DNA of 63,911 bases, counting the filler, from Blastocystis sp. subtype 4 (taxonomy: Eukaryota), in NCBI RefSeq assembly GCF_000743755.1. It is 13 parts of 13 records of this genome, joined end to end, with 100 filler letters (N's around TTAATTAATTAA, not from the genome) between each part and the next. Parts side by side here need not be neighbours in the genome. Positions count along the whole stretch, not along the records: positions 43,365 to 50,315 come from NW_014569048.1; positions 50,416 to 55,091 come from NW_014569047.1; positions 55,192 to 59,786 come from NW_014569046.1; positions 59,887 to 63,911 come from NW_014569017.1; 9 more parts are not named here. One strand, 5' to 3'. A program made the translations under genes and the position numbers. Below are positions 48,925-62,964 of the stretch, one piece after another. The number at the start of each line of letters is the position of its first letter. Within the stretch, counting starts at the first letter, position 1. The notes beneath the pieces are model-generated. The model searched no databases and was not told the DNA's origin. It saw only the letters and a list, made by a program, of their open reading frames with translations.

Positions 48925-50315
48925 TTGAAAGAACTACTGGACTCAGATAGTGAGAAATCACCAAAGGAAAGGTTTCGTAAGAAGAACAAGATTCGAAAGC
49001 ACCGTAATGAAGAACGAGAAGAACATCCGGAAGTAGATACAAAGGATACAATAGAAGTATTGGATAAATTGGGAAGAATGGAAATCATTATGGATAAACG
49101 AGGGGGGAAGTCCCGACTTGGTAATCTGCGAAAGAAGCATTTGAAAGTGTCAGACAAGCAAAGTGTAAACAGTGGTCCATCAGTGAAGGAAGATTTGGAG
49201 TCGATTCCTGAAACTACTGAAGCCTCAACAACAGAGTCGTTAGACGATATTCCGAGCTTAGGTCCCCTCAATGATTTGGATCCTAATGAGGATGCAAACG
49301 ATTCTGATATTGCTGACGAAGACATTCCAAGTCTGAAAACCTATCATCCAGCGAAGCGATCATGCCCTGTATTTCTTCATCCAGAGGTGCACCGCCAGAC
49401 TGTTGATATCCATCCTCTAATCACTGACAATGAAATGTATTCCATTCAATGTGTCTTTGTGAAGAAGACCGAATCAGTACCTTCAGAGGACTATCTCCTA
49501 ATGAGTCTTATTCATAATTCGCCAATATTGCGTTCGATAGAGGATAATCCAATCATTACTCTTTCTGGCCCAGAATTGGCTACAGTAAAGCAAGTGGCGT
49601 GCATGGTTGCATCTTCGGATTTTTCATACTTTCCCGCCATTATTTTAAATCTTCCACTTGATGTTGAAGAGGAATCACCTGATCTCACAGTTTTCATAGA
49701 ATCAGAATTCCCTAATTCAGTCCAATATCGGGTTGATACCACAATTCCTTGTTTTCTTTGGTGTGCTCCATTTCTGGTCGATTCTCCTCCCCCATCCGTC
49801 ACAGAACTCAAGCATTATCCAAAGAGATACTTGCGATCTCAATGGTCATTCACTCATGATCATCTCCAACCTGAATCTCTCTATGACATGTATTGTTATG
49901 CTGAGAGTGTAAGGGGGTCACCAATGAAGATTTCATTAGAGAAAACCAAAGCGCCGTTTGAAACTCCTCGAGGTGGAGTTACATTTGATTATTGATATTT
50001 AGGCGAAATGACTATTGAAGGATGGTCTCTCACATCACAGGCTCTCCATTTCTCGATTCGTAGCAATCTTGATAAGACACCTGTCTGTCGCTTGAATGGA
50101 TATTTGCCTGCTGACTCATCGAACTTGTATCCACAATCTTTCTTCTTTCCTACTGTAAATGAGGATAAGAATCATTTGGATTGTAACATTATCTATGATA
50201 CTGTGGAGTATCATTATAGTCGAGATTTTGATCTGAAATCAAGATCAAATAATAGTGCCTTTTTCTGGATTCTGTTGTTTATGATATTACTATTAGTTCT
50301 CATAAGTCTTATTAT
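48925..50315 (+). CDS. Hypothetical membrane protein (spliced, partial)
   Basis: 356-aa and 119-aa ORFs separated by a short probable intron; C-terminal TM. Confidence 0.55.
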
Positions 50316-50467
50316 NNNNNNNNNNNNNNNNNNNNNNNNNNNNNNNNNNNNNNNNNNNNTTAATTAATTAANNNNNNNNNNNNNNNNNNNNNNNNNNNNN
50401 NNNNNNNNNNNNNNNTCAGGTACTTCTTCGAACCCAATCTAAATCCCTTGTTTGTAATAAACACTCT

Positions 50468-52968
50468 CTAGATCACAAACAGAGCATCCTCATCATCCTC
50501 TTCTGAAGTCTCTTTTTCCATTGTTTGTTGTGATACACCTCGTTTAGATCTCGAATTCTCACCTTTTCCTCCTCGTTTCACTGATCGTCGTTTTCCTTGA
50601 CAAACTAAGCTATCTCCAGACGCAAAGGTATTTGCTAAGAGATGTTCACGATTATTATACTTGCGAGTGAATGAAGATCGAACCTTACTATCCACCTCTT
50701 CAAATCTACTCTTTGTTCCTTCCCATGGATATCCATTCAAACAATCAATCAGATCCTCTCGAGTTAATCCATATTCATCCAATCGGTCAATACACTTTTC
50801 ACTCTATCCTTCATTCGAACCTTCCATTCATACATCACCATTCAACAAAGGACACAGTAAGTATTGATTCAACACTTCACTATAATCCAATGCCACAGTA
50901 CTTCGACTAATACTCGTATGACTGGATATATGACTGATCAATCCCAACATCAATCGTTTCGCTTTTCCCATTCGTGAATTCTTGCCATAAAACTGAGGGA
51001 ATTTAGTAAACACAAAGGATCCTGAAGCATAATTGGCTGCTCGTATTGTCATGCACGCTACAGTAGGAAGCAAAGACCATCGCTATGGATTAGAGATCCT
51101 ACCATGACACACATTCTCACGTCGCATTATCGACTGAAATCGTTCTAGATCACAAATCCCATCAGCTGCAGCAACAATGACATCCATAACCCTGTCTTCA
51201 GAATAGTGTTTACTGTGAATGGAATCAAGATAGTTCTGTTCAATGATAAGTGGAGTCATCTCATAATCATTATAGAACATAGAATAACGGTCTGATAAGG
51301 AGTGGTTGGTTGCTCCCACAAGAAGTTGTTTGGCTATCTGAAATCCACTCTGGGATAGAAACGTATCGATGGAGAATGATGGTAATAGACTATCAATAAC
51401 TGAATTGGAGCTAGAAGAAATGATTTGAAGCTTGTTGAGACTCTGTCGAATATCTCCACCTGCTGCTTCAACTAGAAGTGTAAGTTGATCAACAGTGAGA
51501 GGAATCGATTCTTGGTTACAGATATATTGGAGACGATGAATAAGATCTGATCTACAAGTAACAGAATCCATCCAATCATACTGTGTAGGCTTACTGAATG
51601 TAAGATCATAGCATGAATTAGCCAGAGAACGTACTTTAGGACTTTCACGATCATTACAAATACAAATGATTGGAGTTTGTGTTGTTTTGATGATTCTAAT
51701 TAATTCTTGAATCCCTCCACGATCACCTGTACTCATTCCATCCACTTCATCCATAATAACCACTTTCTGTGTATGATAAATTGATCTAATCATGATCAAT
51801 CTTCCAAATCCTACTGAGTCAACACACTATCTCTTAGTGCCTCTCGGATCTTACTCATACTCCGTTTATCACTTGCATTCAACTCGATAACCTCACGTCC
51901 CTGTTCCCTTGCTATTAGGTGAGCTGTAGTAGTCTTCCCAACTCCTGGAGGCCCACTCAATAAGGCTGCTCGGGCTCCTGGGTTTTGTCTATTCCATTGA
52001 ATGACAGTCGTTTCTACAATGGAAGTCAAAGTGTACATGTACGGTGAATGTGAACATCATCCCATTCTTTCAACCACAATTGGAGATTTGCGATGACTTT
52101 TGGATTTCCAATAATCTCCTTGAGATTGTGCGGTGCATACTTTACGGTAAGAAGGGATGAAGAGAGAGCAATGTGATCTTTCATCAGTTCTTGTTCAGTA
52201 AGCAGTTCATTCTGTTCTTTCTCTTGTTTGATGGCTTCATACTTGGATGCTCCTTCAGGATTGCTATCTCGAATCATCTGAAGCAGGTCATCCTCGTTTA
52301 TAATCTTCACTCCCTTTGCGATTGCTGCCTTGTACTTCGAACCCTCTGTGATTGGACGACCATCCTCCATCTCAAAACCCGCTACAAGATACTTTGTTTT
52401 TCCACTGACTGCGGAACGTTCAATTCTAGTGTTAAACCAAGCTTCGTTCCCTGCCCTCCATAACGAGAAATCAATTCTGAGACTTCTTCGCGAGTCAAAC
52501 TTTCGTTTAATCCAGTTAGAACAAAAATAATTCCTTCGAGACACTGTGGCTTTCCTTCCGGTATCGGTTTGCTTCCATGTCGAGGAGGATCACGTTCGGG
52601 ACCAAGCCACTTTGGTCTGTAACCACCAGATATCTTCCTCTTTTCCACTTTTTGAGGTTTAGGCGTCACAGTATCTGAGGCTGATTCTGCTTTCGTCCGC
52701 GAGGTAGCTTTAGATGACCTTTTCTTCTTCTTTGGAATTTCTTCTAGTTCGTCTTCATCCACAATGAAGTCCTTCAGATCATCTGCATCTTCCTCTTTCT
52801 TCGCCTTTGTTTTCCTTGCTTGCCGGCGTTTAGGCTTCTCAATAGGTTGTATCTGTTCTTCCATAGAATCTTCATCACTTCTACATTCAAATCCTATTCT
52901 TATAGATAGTACAAGACTGCCCGAACTGCCTTTCCTTTTTTGGTCTGTCTTGGCGACATTCTAGACAT
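50468..52968 (-). CDS. RFC1: Replication factor C large subunit (spliced)
   Basis: BRCT (FVLTG...GG...SGKTKYLV), [28 protein letters not shown]. Confidence 0.93.
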
Positions 52969-53289
52969 GAGTTGGTTAGATACTCCTTTACATGTTGTGA
53001 ATCTCTTAGAACTACGAAGAGTTTCAAATTCACAATCTTTATTAGAATCACTTGTTTCTTGTGATGTCTTCTGAGGGTCTTAGAACTGAAGTTTCCACTG
53101 ATATTCTGCTCTATGAGAACAAGGAAATGGGTGGAAGTGGAGTAGTCTTTGTTGTAGTGTTGTTTGCTGAATCGGTGACAACTAGGAAAATATTCCAGAG
53201 TTTTGTCAGAAGGAGCGCATTTCTGTTTCCATTCTGTATTCAGTATGTCAAGTTTTGCAAGAGTAGGTGTTTTTGATACCCGCTTCTTA

Positions 53290-53836
53290 TCTTTCAGTCG
53301 TTTTAGCAAATTAATCACCAGCACAGATCGTACATGGCAACTGATTCTGAATAGTATCAGCAAAACGAAAGAGGAGATATCGACTCTGGAAGAGCTGATT
53401 CGAAGGAAAGTATTTGATATTTAACGATCTAAGGGCATAGGATGCTGAGGAAGAAACAAAATCGTTCTTTAGCGTTGCTCCTCTTCTCTTCCTGGAATCT
53501 ACCATTCCTCCTCAGGACAAGTGTTATGTGAAGTTGAGTGTATTCATAGTGACTTTTGTGTCAACGATAGAGTACTGTGATTGTGGAAATGACCCTGGAT
53601 GAAGCCTTAAAGTTCGCCAAAGAAAAACACGAGCGCTTAGTAAAGAATGAAGTGAGTCCATGGAATGGAATTGATCTGTAGGACATATTCCATAAACAAT
53701 ACAACTACTATCGGGACCAAACTACCATCCTGACTTTGAATATGAATCGCTGTCTTGCATTCCTTCAAGATCAAGTTGATGTGTTTTTATGCTTCTTATT
53801 GTTTAGATTGCAAAGGAAAAGAAGGAAGGAAAGTGA
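53290..53836 (+). CDS. Prefoldin alpha-type subunit, PFDN3-like (spliced, start uncertain)
   Basis: VEMTLDEALKF, RDQTTILTLNMNR. Confidence 0.5.
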
Positions 53837-53907
53837 ATTGAGTAGTTATTAATGGATTGTTGTTTGTTGGAGTTTCTACGTTTCCCCAGTATTGTTTCCT
53901 TTGAACG

Positions 53908-55091
53908 ATGTTTGTGAGTCGAGTTGCCACCATGAGACCAGCTGGACTGGCTAGAATGTTTGCCTCGTCCATCAAGGACTATCCAATTGATGGCTTTTTC
54001 AATGCCAAGTCCTATGCCATTGTTGGTGCCAGTAATAAGAAGGGCAGCCTGGGTTATATTATTGCCGAAAACTTTGTGAATAAATACAAAGGTGATGTTG
54101 CTTTTGTGAATCCCAAAGGTATTTGTCTTCTTCTTGCTGGTTTGACGATTTAGGAGGTGAAGTATTTGGAAAGAAGATATATAAGAGCATCCAAGAAGTG
54201 GGTCACGAAACACAAGGAGCTGTTGTTGTTGTCGCGGCGAAATTTGCAGTTCAGTCAGTGAAAGAGCTTATGGAAAATGGCGCCAAGTGGATCACTGTCG
54301 TTACAGGAGGTTTTGCTGAATCCAAGACGAAGGAAGGAAAGGAAGCTCAGGTGAGTGAATATGGACTTGGGTAATGGTTAGCAAGCTATTGTCGAGTTGG
54401 CTAAGAAGTACAACTGTCGTATCATTGGACCGAATTGTATGGGCGTTTATGATCCAAACAGTGTTGATACTATGTTCCTTCCAGAAATCGGGTATTCCAT
54501 TTGGGTGTTTGCTCACAAATAGACTTGCAAAACCTGGTTTTGGTCCTGTTGGTATATTCTCACAGAGCGGAGCCCTTGGAGTAACAGTTCTGAACGAATT
54601 AGCAGGCCGTACGAATGATGAATGGATATCCAAGTTTATCTCATTTGGAAATGCCTGTGATGTGGATGAGATTGATGCTCTTCGTTATTATACCTCAGAG
54701 CCAACAATTAAGCAGATCTGGGCGTATCTTGAAGGATTCCATAATGGTCCTGAATTCATGAAGGAGGTTCGTAAAACCACACAGGAGAAGCCTGTATTGT
54801 TGATCAAGGCGAATCGTGGTGCAGCAGGTGCCAAGGCCTCAGCTTCACATTCAGCTTCACTGGCTGCCAATGATGCTGTGTGTGATCAGCTCCTTCGTAA
54901 TGTAGAGAATGATTGTGAGTGTAAGAGATAGAATGGAGTGATTCGTTGTGATGTGTGGAAGGATCTTCAGAACATTGGTACTGTTCTCCGTCATCAGTCA
55001 CTGCCTCAAGGCCGTCGTATTGCTAGTGAGTGAAGATCATGATGGTTCATTGTTAGTTGTTACTGATGCAGGTGGGTTTGGTGTCTTGATT
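53908..55091 (+). CDS. Acetate-CoA ligase (ADP-forming) family protein with predicted mitochondrial presequence, partial
   Basis: AIVGAS, GGFAE, IIGPNCMG, SQSGALG, SFGNACDV, ASHSASLA, DAGGFGV. Confidence 0.85.
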
Positions 55092-55191
55092 NNNNNNNNN
55101 NNNNNNNNNNNNNNNNNNNNNNNNNNNNNNNNNNNTTAATTAATTAANNNNNNNNNNNNNNNNNNNNNNNNNNNNNNNNNNNNNNNNNNNN

Positions 55192-55277
55192 GTGAGACTA
55201 CTTCAAATCTTCTTCGTAACATTTGTCTTCCTGGACTGAGTGTTCCTAATGTGAACTGGAATGAGATTTGTATGTAA
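55192..55277 (+). CDS. Legumain-like protease, C-terminus
   Basis: ETTSNLLRNICLPGLSVPNVNWNEICM*, near-identical to the 11534 pseudogene. Confidence 0.7.
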
Positions 55278-55478
55278 ATCATGAATTGGTTTATTGTTTG
55301 TTTTGGAGTTCTCTAGTTTTTGTGTTTTTCTAGTTATAGAACTGAGTAACTATCATGATTACAAACACTATTGTATTATCCATTTGTTCAATAAACCCTC
55401 TATTAGCACAATACGATCATGTTTCCTAAACCACGGGGATTTCTAATTATGTATTTCTGTCCATACAAAAGCAGGATT

Positions 55479-55851
55479 ATGAGTACTGAGGCTACCGATC
55501 TTAGATATATTCCTACAGCAGCTGATCTCTTTGCTGCTGCAACAATTATTGAAAAGAGATGCTCAGAGCAGAACATTGCCTTTATGGAATGCAAGACAAA
55601 GTGTGAGCATCCAAAGGAATGTCTTGCTCAAGCTCATGATGTACAAGAATGTGTTCTGGATACGTACTCTGTTTCCACCATTTCTGAGAACTAGATTGAA
55701 GGTTGTAAAAGAAAAATGTCCTATGGAGTTTTCAGCCTTTTCAGGATGTCTTGATCGTTATAACACTCGTTATGAAGATTGTCGCAAGACTCAGAAGAAG
55801 TTCATGGCTTGCTGGACTAAGGAGCCTGTCACGGAGGAGAAGGAGGAATAA
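55479..55851 (+). CDS. NDUFA8: Complex I subunit NDUFA8-like (CX9C repeats), one intron
   Basis: LFAAA...C..QN..FM.CK....P..CL......C; CLD....Y..CRKTQ..F..C. Confidence 0.8.
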
Positions 55852-56604
55852 TGCAATTATAGATCTTACTATTTCGTCAGTTTGTGAAAACAAACCCATT
55901 CCACTAAATGACCTAGTAAATATTCATATAACTTTTTGCTTTCAAGGCCCGCTTCTTTTTCATCAGCTTCTGATTATAACGTTCACCATAATTCTCTCCT
56001 TTATTCTTGTTTTGACTCTGCCGACGATTCTGTTTCGCTGAATTCTCTCTCTTCTTCGATCTCTTTAGCTTCTTCAAGAAACGCTCGGACATTTGCTCCT
56101 CCTCATTGTTCTTATCCTCCAATACTTCTTCATAGGCTGTTAGAATGTGCTTCATAAATAAATTGGACTTTTTCACTTTCTCTTCCACGTCATGGTTGGT
56201 CGAGATTTCTCTGCATGCATCCATCAGAGCACTCATGTCAAATGAAGTCGAGTCCAGATTCGTAACATCAATATTAACTTCATCATTTGTTGTCTGTTCT
56301 GCAACCTATCAGTCATTAACTCCCATCTATGCAACGCGTTGAAATGATACCAGAGTCTGAGCTGCATCACTGGGAACTCCACAACCAGAAAGAGCATTAA
56401 CTAGGTCACAGAACTATCAATAGCCTCACTTAATGTATCAAAATCAGTATCCATTACTTGAGAGTCAAATAGGAAAACCAGAATACCCAAAATCAGGAAA
56501 CTCTGAGGAATTGAGAAAAACACTAATATTAATGGAATCCAAACCCATCTTCTTTCTGGAATTCACAATCTCGGTGACCTTCTCATAATCGTTGATACAC
56601 ACGG

Positions 56605-57958
56605 ATGGATAAATATATACAGCTGGAATCAGATGAAAGTGAGCGATGTAAGTTAATTTATAATATACAGACATTTTCACTGACATCATTGAAAGGTTGG
56701 GAGCAAAAAATGTGCAGGTATGATACTGAAGTGATATCCTATTTTAGGTATCTTCCCTTGAAGCTATTGATGAAGATTGTTTGACTCCATTTGAAAAGAT
56801 ATATGGAGCCATCCTTTTGTTCCCCTACACAAAGAAATACGTAGAAAGATCAAAGGAGCTCTTCCAACTTGATCCTTCTTCCCTTCCTGGATTGTCTTTT
56901 GTTCCTCAAGTAACCCTTTTTGGTTTCACTCAGAGGTAGGTAAATGAGAATTCGTGTGGAATGATGGCCATTCTTCATGTTCTCTTGAATATCAATGATA
57001 GTACTATTATCGGACAGAGACTTTCGTCATACAAAGATTTTTTTGAGGGTGTAACAGCAGACATTCGAGGAGAATCTATTGCTCATGAAATCGACCTGAT
57101 GGAAATCAACAACGATTATGAAATGCATCATCCTATTGTTCTGACAAATACAGATGAAAGAAATGAAGTAAAACTAGGAATATGCTTTCATTATAGAGTA
57201 ATCACTATTGTGCATTTGTTCCATACATGAAAGTTCTCTATCAACTTGGTATGTCTCGTAATGTTTAATGAAATGTAGATGGAATGTTAAATGGTCCTGT
57301 GGTGTTAGGTAGTTTTTGAATCTGTTATCAAGAATAGAAAGTTTTGACACAGAAGTACAATATCGTCAAGCTCTGATTTCCACTCTACAGACTCGTATTC
57401 ATGAGGTCTTGGGGTTCGCATCACTCTCTTTTCTAATTCGTAGAGATGATCCAAATTCGATGAATGTTGCTGTCTTGTTGGTCCATGAGAGCTTTTTATC
57501 CCAATACAAGCGTCGCTTAGATGCTGAACAGCGAACTATTTCTGAATTGCGGATGCAACTGACAACATGTTATTCTTGAACAGTTGAATTAGTTATTTCT
57601 AGGTAATAGTCCTGTTTTTGAGGCTGAACTCACTATGCATGAAGTAGAGATGATGAATACTTAACATTATAGAATTTAGCAAAGGAGATTCTTGCTGATA
57701 TTGAAAGTGAACAGGAGAAAGTGAGAGATCGAAAAACAGAATGTGAATTGTAGGATCAAAGAGTGGATTAATACTAGAATGCGAATGAACTCTATTCCTT
57801 TCCTTAATGGATTATTGAAAGAATATGTATATGATGCAATGAAGAAAGGACAATATAACACTCTCGAATTTGATCCTATCTTTATTCGACATTATGATGA
57901 TACCGGATCAAGCTTCGAAGACGGAACTATGGAAACGGATGATCCAAGTTTGGAATAA
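56605..57958 (+). CDS. Ubiquitin C-terminal hydrolase (C12, UCH37-like), spliced
   Basis: LESD, NSCGMMAILHVLLN, FHY, C-terminal NSIPFLNGLLK. Confidence 0.75.
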
Positions 57959-59099
57959 TCGTGTGTTTGTTGACATTTGCGTGTTGCTTTTATGGATCCA
58001 TTTTTACTATGAGTCCTGGTATCTACTCTGTTAGAATAGCTCTGCTCATTATTGTCATTCTCACTCTAGTGATGGAATGCCGTGTTCTCAACACACGGAT
58101 ACTCCTCTATCCGCATATTCTTGGAATTGAAGCTATTAATTTGCGTAATAAAACTCTCATTTTCGTGTAAGAATGTGATATTACTTCAATTCAGGTGGGT
58201 TGCCTTATGTATGACAATTCTCCTATTACTAAGTGTTTGATATGCTCGATATTATCTATATAGATGCTCCATCGAGAGAATCTTGTCTCCATACTCACTT
58301 CAAAATCCACTAAGACTGATTCAGTTCTTCTTATTTCCTGGCTTTCTGCCAATGTATCTACTCTAATAGGTTCATCAACTAGATTATAGGGATTGCCCTT
58401 GCAGTTCTTCTAAGTCGTACCAGGAGGTTTGATGGAGATAACATACTTCTCTCTCCAAAAAGAGAATCAATTGACTAGTCTCTCTACAATTCCACATATC
58501 ATGTCAATTTTGGTGTGTATTCTTTGCGTCATTGTCAAACTCCTATAGTGTAACTTCTATCTGATTAAACTGGTCTTTGTTAATACGCAATAATATGAGT
58601 GATGAGAAAGAGCCTACTACTCATCCGAGAGTGAGCCCGTTGTGTCTACTATTTCTTCTCATTTTATAGTACAATCACATATGCACCTATTAAAAAAAGG
58701 ATTCATACCGATATGACATCGATTGTTGTGGGTGATGCTCGAAAAGTATTATTTGGGTATGCAATAATATTTTCATCATTCCATAGTTCCGGAAAGCATC
58801 GTCGGACTGGAGTTCTGTTTAGAGATGATTCGTCTACAGAGTAGAAGTATTGAATGCAACTCAGTAAGTAGATGTAATGATGGAGAGGAAGCTGTGGAGT
58901 CGAAACAGAGAACTGTTGAGAGTGTTAATAGACGAATGGTGTGTCTTCAAGTAGCCGCCTTCATTTTTGATAATATTCCATCGTACGTCAGTTCGCCCCA
59001 CTAATAGTCAGAATCTCTCCTCTCCAACTCAAGTCATCTCTTCCTATCAAAAAACGTGTCAAATGTACAATGAAGCTAGGGCATGACCAGTACTTAGCT

Positions 59100-59635
59100 G
59101 TCTTTGCGAATCTAGGAAAGCGAAAAGATCTTAGTCATTTAGCTGAGCCGCCAGAAGATGGTTCCCAATTTCGTCTCTATTAATGTGTAGCATTTGATTT
59201 GTTTTGCCAATATTGGAAACAAGATGGACGAACAAAGCACTTTTCAAAGACTGTACTACAAGAGAATTGGGCCCGATTGAGTAAGGAAGAGAAAGAACAA
59301 TACGAGAGACAACTGGAGAAGGTGAAAAAAGTGTACAATAAAGAGTTTTGTCAGAATGAAGAAAAGAAGAAGATGGGTGTAGGTGCTATAGAAAGTCTCT
59401 GACTTAGAACCTTCCTTTGTATGAATCAAGGACGATCACTGATCTTTCTGAACTAGAAGCAATACTTGGGCCGATGTCTCTACGGCGCACCTTCTCTGGA
59501 TATCGAACAGTTGCTGGTCAGATCCCTGTGGTGGTGGAAGTATATCCTCCATTGAAATTAGTATACGACGAGTCTGATCAGTCACTTCAGTTTCACTTTT
59601 CTGTTTCCAATCAAAAGGTTTATTCTATTTGTTAA
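59100..59635 (+). CDS. HMG-box protein (3' exons; start uncertain)
   Basis: AFDLFCQ...ENWARLSKEEKEQYE. Confidence 0.6.
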
Positions 59636-59886
59636 CAGTACTCTCTATGTTCATTTCACTTTCCTCAATTTCTGGATCTCATAATTGAACAAACAATGAC
59701 TTATAAAAGGATCTAAGCCTTAATTCCCTTAGGCTGTTGTTGTGTGATACAGTGAATGTTACCTCCTCCCAGAATCACTTCACGAGNNNNNNNNNNNNNN
59801 NNNNNNNNNNNNNNNNNNNNNNNNNNNNNNTTAATTAATTAANNNNNNNNNNNNNNNNNNNNNNNNNNNNNNNNNNNNNNNNNNNN

Positions 59887-61824
59887 AGACCAACCTGATG
59901 TATCATCACCAAACCAATTGGTAGGCACTTCACCCATCTTATAATACCATTGTTCTGAATGATTGATAGAAGGACGACGAAGATACACATTGTGAACATT
60001 GCCCTGATTACCATCATATCGTCCTTTTACAATCATTTCCTGCTCACCTTCAGGAAGCATGTAGTACATGTAATAATATGAACCAGAATACCAAGAAGAG
60101 GAAGTAGAATAGAAGGCCACATCAAATCGATCAACATTGAGACAGAGATAATGAATCCAATTCTTGTTAGCTGTATGAGAATGGCTTGATCGAATCTCAT
60201 ATACAATGTCATTATTAGAAGAATCACGAATTCTGAAATACTCATATTGGGGATTAGCCACGTAAGTTCGAACAATCTTGTAAAGAGTTCCAGCGCACTC
60301 AGTAAATCCAATGGTGAGGGTGGTGGTAATAGAAGGAGTGACCATTGTTGATGTGACAGTGTACTGTTGGGAACCCAGAGTACTGGAAATACCAGAGATA
60401 ACACAAGTATCAGGATTCATAGTAACTCCTTCAGGGAGGGCAGGCTGAATCGAACATCCATAGTATCCATAAATCTCAGGTTCAATCTTAAACTCTTCAT
60501 ATCTACTGTAGAAGGAATAGGATGTTTCAGGATACTCAATAGTAGTAGGAGCAGGACGATTGCAAACAAGGAATTGGAGTTCATTCACATAAATAGAAGA
60601 TGCTCCCACTCGATTTGCTGTCATACGAATGAGTTTATGACGACCAGCAGCAAACACAGAGTTCCACTGTCTCCACTTACTCGATGAGTAAACACCTCCT
60701 TCTGCCTGAAGAATGGTCGACCAGCTGCTTGTAGAAGATAGAGTTCCTTCAATCAAGAAAGAGGTTGCATGGAGCGAAGAACTTGTATAAGGCCAGATAC
60801 GAACAGAATTCACCATGGGAAGAGAAGCACCCTGGAATTCAGCTGTCAGTATTCCAGCAGTCACAGAAGAACTACTAACATACGTATAAGACGAATAAGA
60901 CCAAGAGAAAGCATGATCAGGATTTGTGAAGGTAGAACTAGTGGCCGTAACATCGTTCGGGACAACAAAGCAGGGATTAGCATCATCATAGCCAGCATAG
61001 AAAGCAAGGAATCCATTAAATTGAATTGTTTCTGAATAACTAGTATCCATGAAATGCATTTCAACAGCCAACACACTGGAAGAACTCTCAGCCTCAAGAG
61101 AGGAACGAATCACTCCATGATAGTCAAAGGATGTGTAGCCTCCTGTAGCAAGAGTGGAACTTGTAGGTTCTCCATCAGCCATGTTATCACGATACACTTC
61201 AACTGCATTGATATATGCAACAATTCCATAACGATACTTCAACTGCAACTCAATCGCAGCCATTTCACTCAATCCAGCAAATGACTTGCGAAAGTACTGA
61301 GTTCCTGTAGCTTGAGTCGTTGTAACACCAGTCATAACATCAGTCCAACCAGCATCCGGATAACTCGCATCCTTCCAGTTTCCTGAAGCAGTAGCGGTGT
61401 ACTTCCAAGTATCATCCTTGTTGATGGGAGCATAGAGAGATAATGGCTGGGTCTGAGTACGACTGGTGGTCATCATGCCCTTGAACACACGATTTCCGTT
61501 AATACCATAAATCTCCAGCCAGGCCTCATTAGACCAATAAGAGGTAGTATCATACATTCCAAGAGTGTACTGGCTGTTAGTAGACTGCTGAATGCAAGTC
61601 TCGATAGTACGAGTCTGCGAATTCGTAAGCGAAGGAGAAGAGTAAACAGCTGTAGTTCCAAAGAGAATCTTAAAAGATTCCTGACTGGCTTCACCCATAG
61701 TCTTCTTCACAAACTTCACATAAACTTGGTTACTAGCGCAATTAAGAGCTGCTGTGAGAGATACTATTCCTCAGAACCTTCACAAATCCATACAGATAGC
61801 AGCTATGATAATGAGAGACTTCAT
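59887..61824 (-). CDS. Large surface-protein family member, 5' part with signal peptide
   Basis: MKSLIIIAAILSLTAA across a 30-nt intron; colinear with the 43390 protein. Confidence 0.8.
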
Positions 61825-62964
61825 GAACAAAAAGAAATAATGATAAGTTAGTCGCTAAGCGGGAAGTTACAAAAAATAAATGAATTCTAATAGAATGTAC
61901 GACCAGTAATTCAATAGTATGAATAAGCATCACTGCTAACAGTAACACAGAACTAACAGTTCAACTTACCAAATAGAATAACAATGTTACCAGTGTAGTG
62001 AAGAGCTAGAACACTCTCATACCTCTTCACAACTGCAATCCATCTGTCTATTCCTAATAGCATATAAAACGATTGTAGAATCAAGTATTTGAACGCCGAA
62101 TCAAAGGGAAGATATGGATAGATCATCATTCTAAATAATAGAATTAAGATACTACTCTTGTTAAACGATCAAATTAAGTAATGAATTGAAACAAAGAGTG
62201 AAAAGTAAGAATCTTTTACATCTGTCTTTCAGGATATCCATATTCATGCAACAGGAAAACACTAGAAAGGGAGAATGGTAACTACGAATCGAAGCAACAA
62301 ATCGATCCCATAGTGATAATGACACACATAATAACACGTTCTCCTTCAATCGTTGGATGAACGAAATATGAGCCAATGATAATCAATGTAAGAAATGATT
62401 GGTTACATGACTTACTTGCATAGTTATCCACAGATTATGATTATCAAGGAGATAATACTGTAAGCCACCATCAAATCTGGAATAACGACTTTCAACAACA
62501 TGCACTTCCAACAAAGCAATTTACTATATAGACATCCTAATAATAACAACTAAAACTTCTATTGAGCTCCAAAATCCTATTATCACTTCTCTGAGTGAAA
62601 CCTCACTGTCATTCTTCTTACTAAACTAATAGTGGATCCTACATTTATTTCGACCATTAGGACATTCCAAGTTAAGCATTTCCTATCATTCCGAAAATGG
62701 TACTACAAATGTTTCTAAACTATCTGTTTCTTACAATTCTTCACATACAATCAAAACATCACATCTTAATAAACTCAATAAAACTCTAACACAGACTAAC
62801 CCAATATCACTTCAATTCATTCAAATCATTCATATCATATCAATTCAACACTCCTTTCATTCACACAAAACAGTTCACATCATCTTTCTATTCAATTTCA
62901 TATCAAATCCATCTTTCAATATCAAACAATCAATTTCATAACAATTCTATACTCACTTCTTAAC

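Noticed and set aside
58009..58550. Possible ERD2-like membrane protein
   Set aside because: Hydrophobic fragments only; motifs too weak for a call
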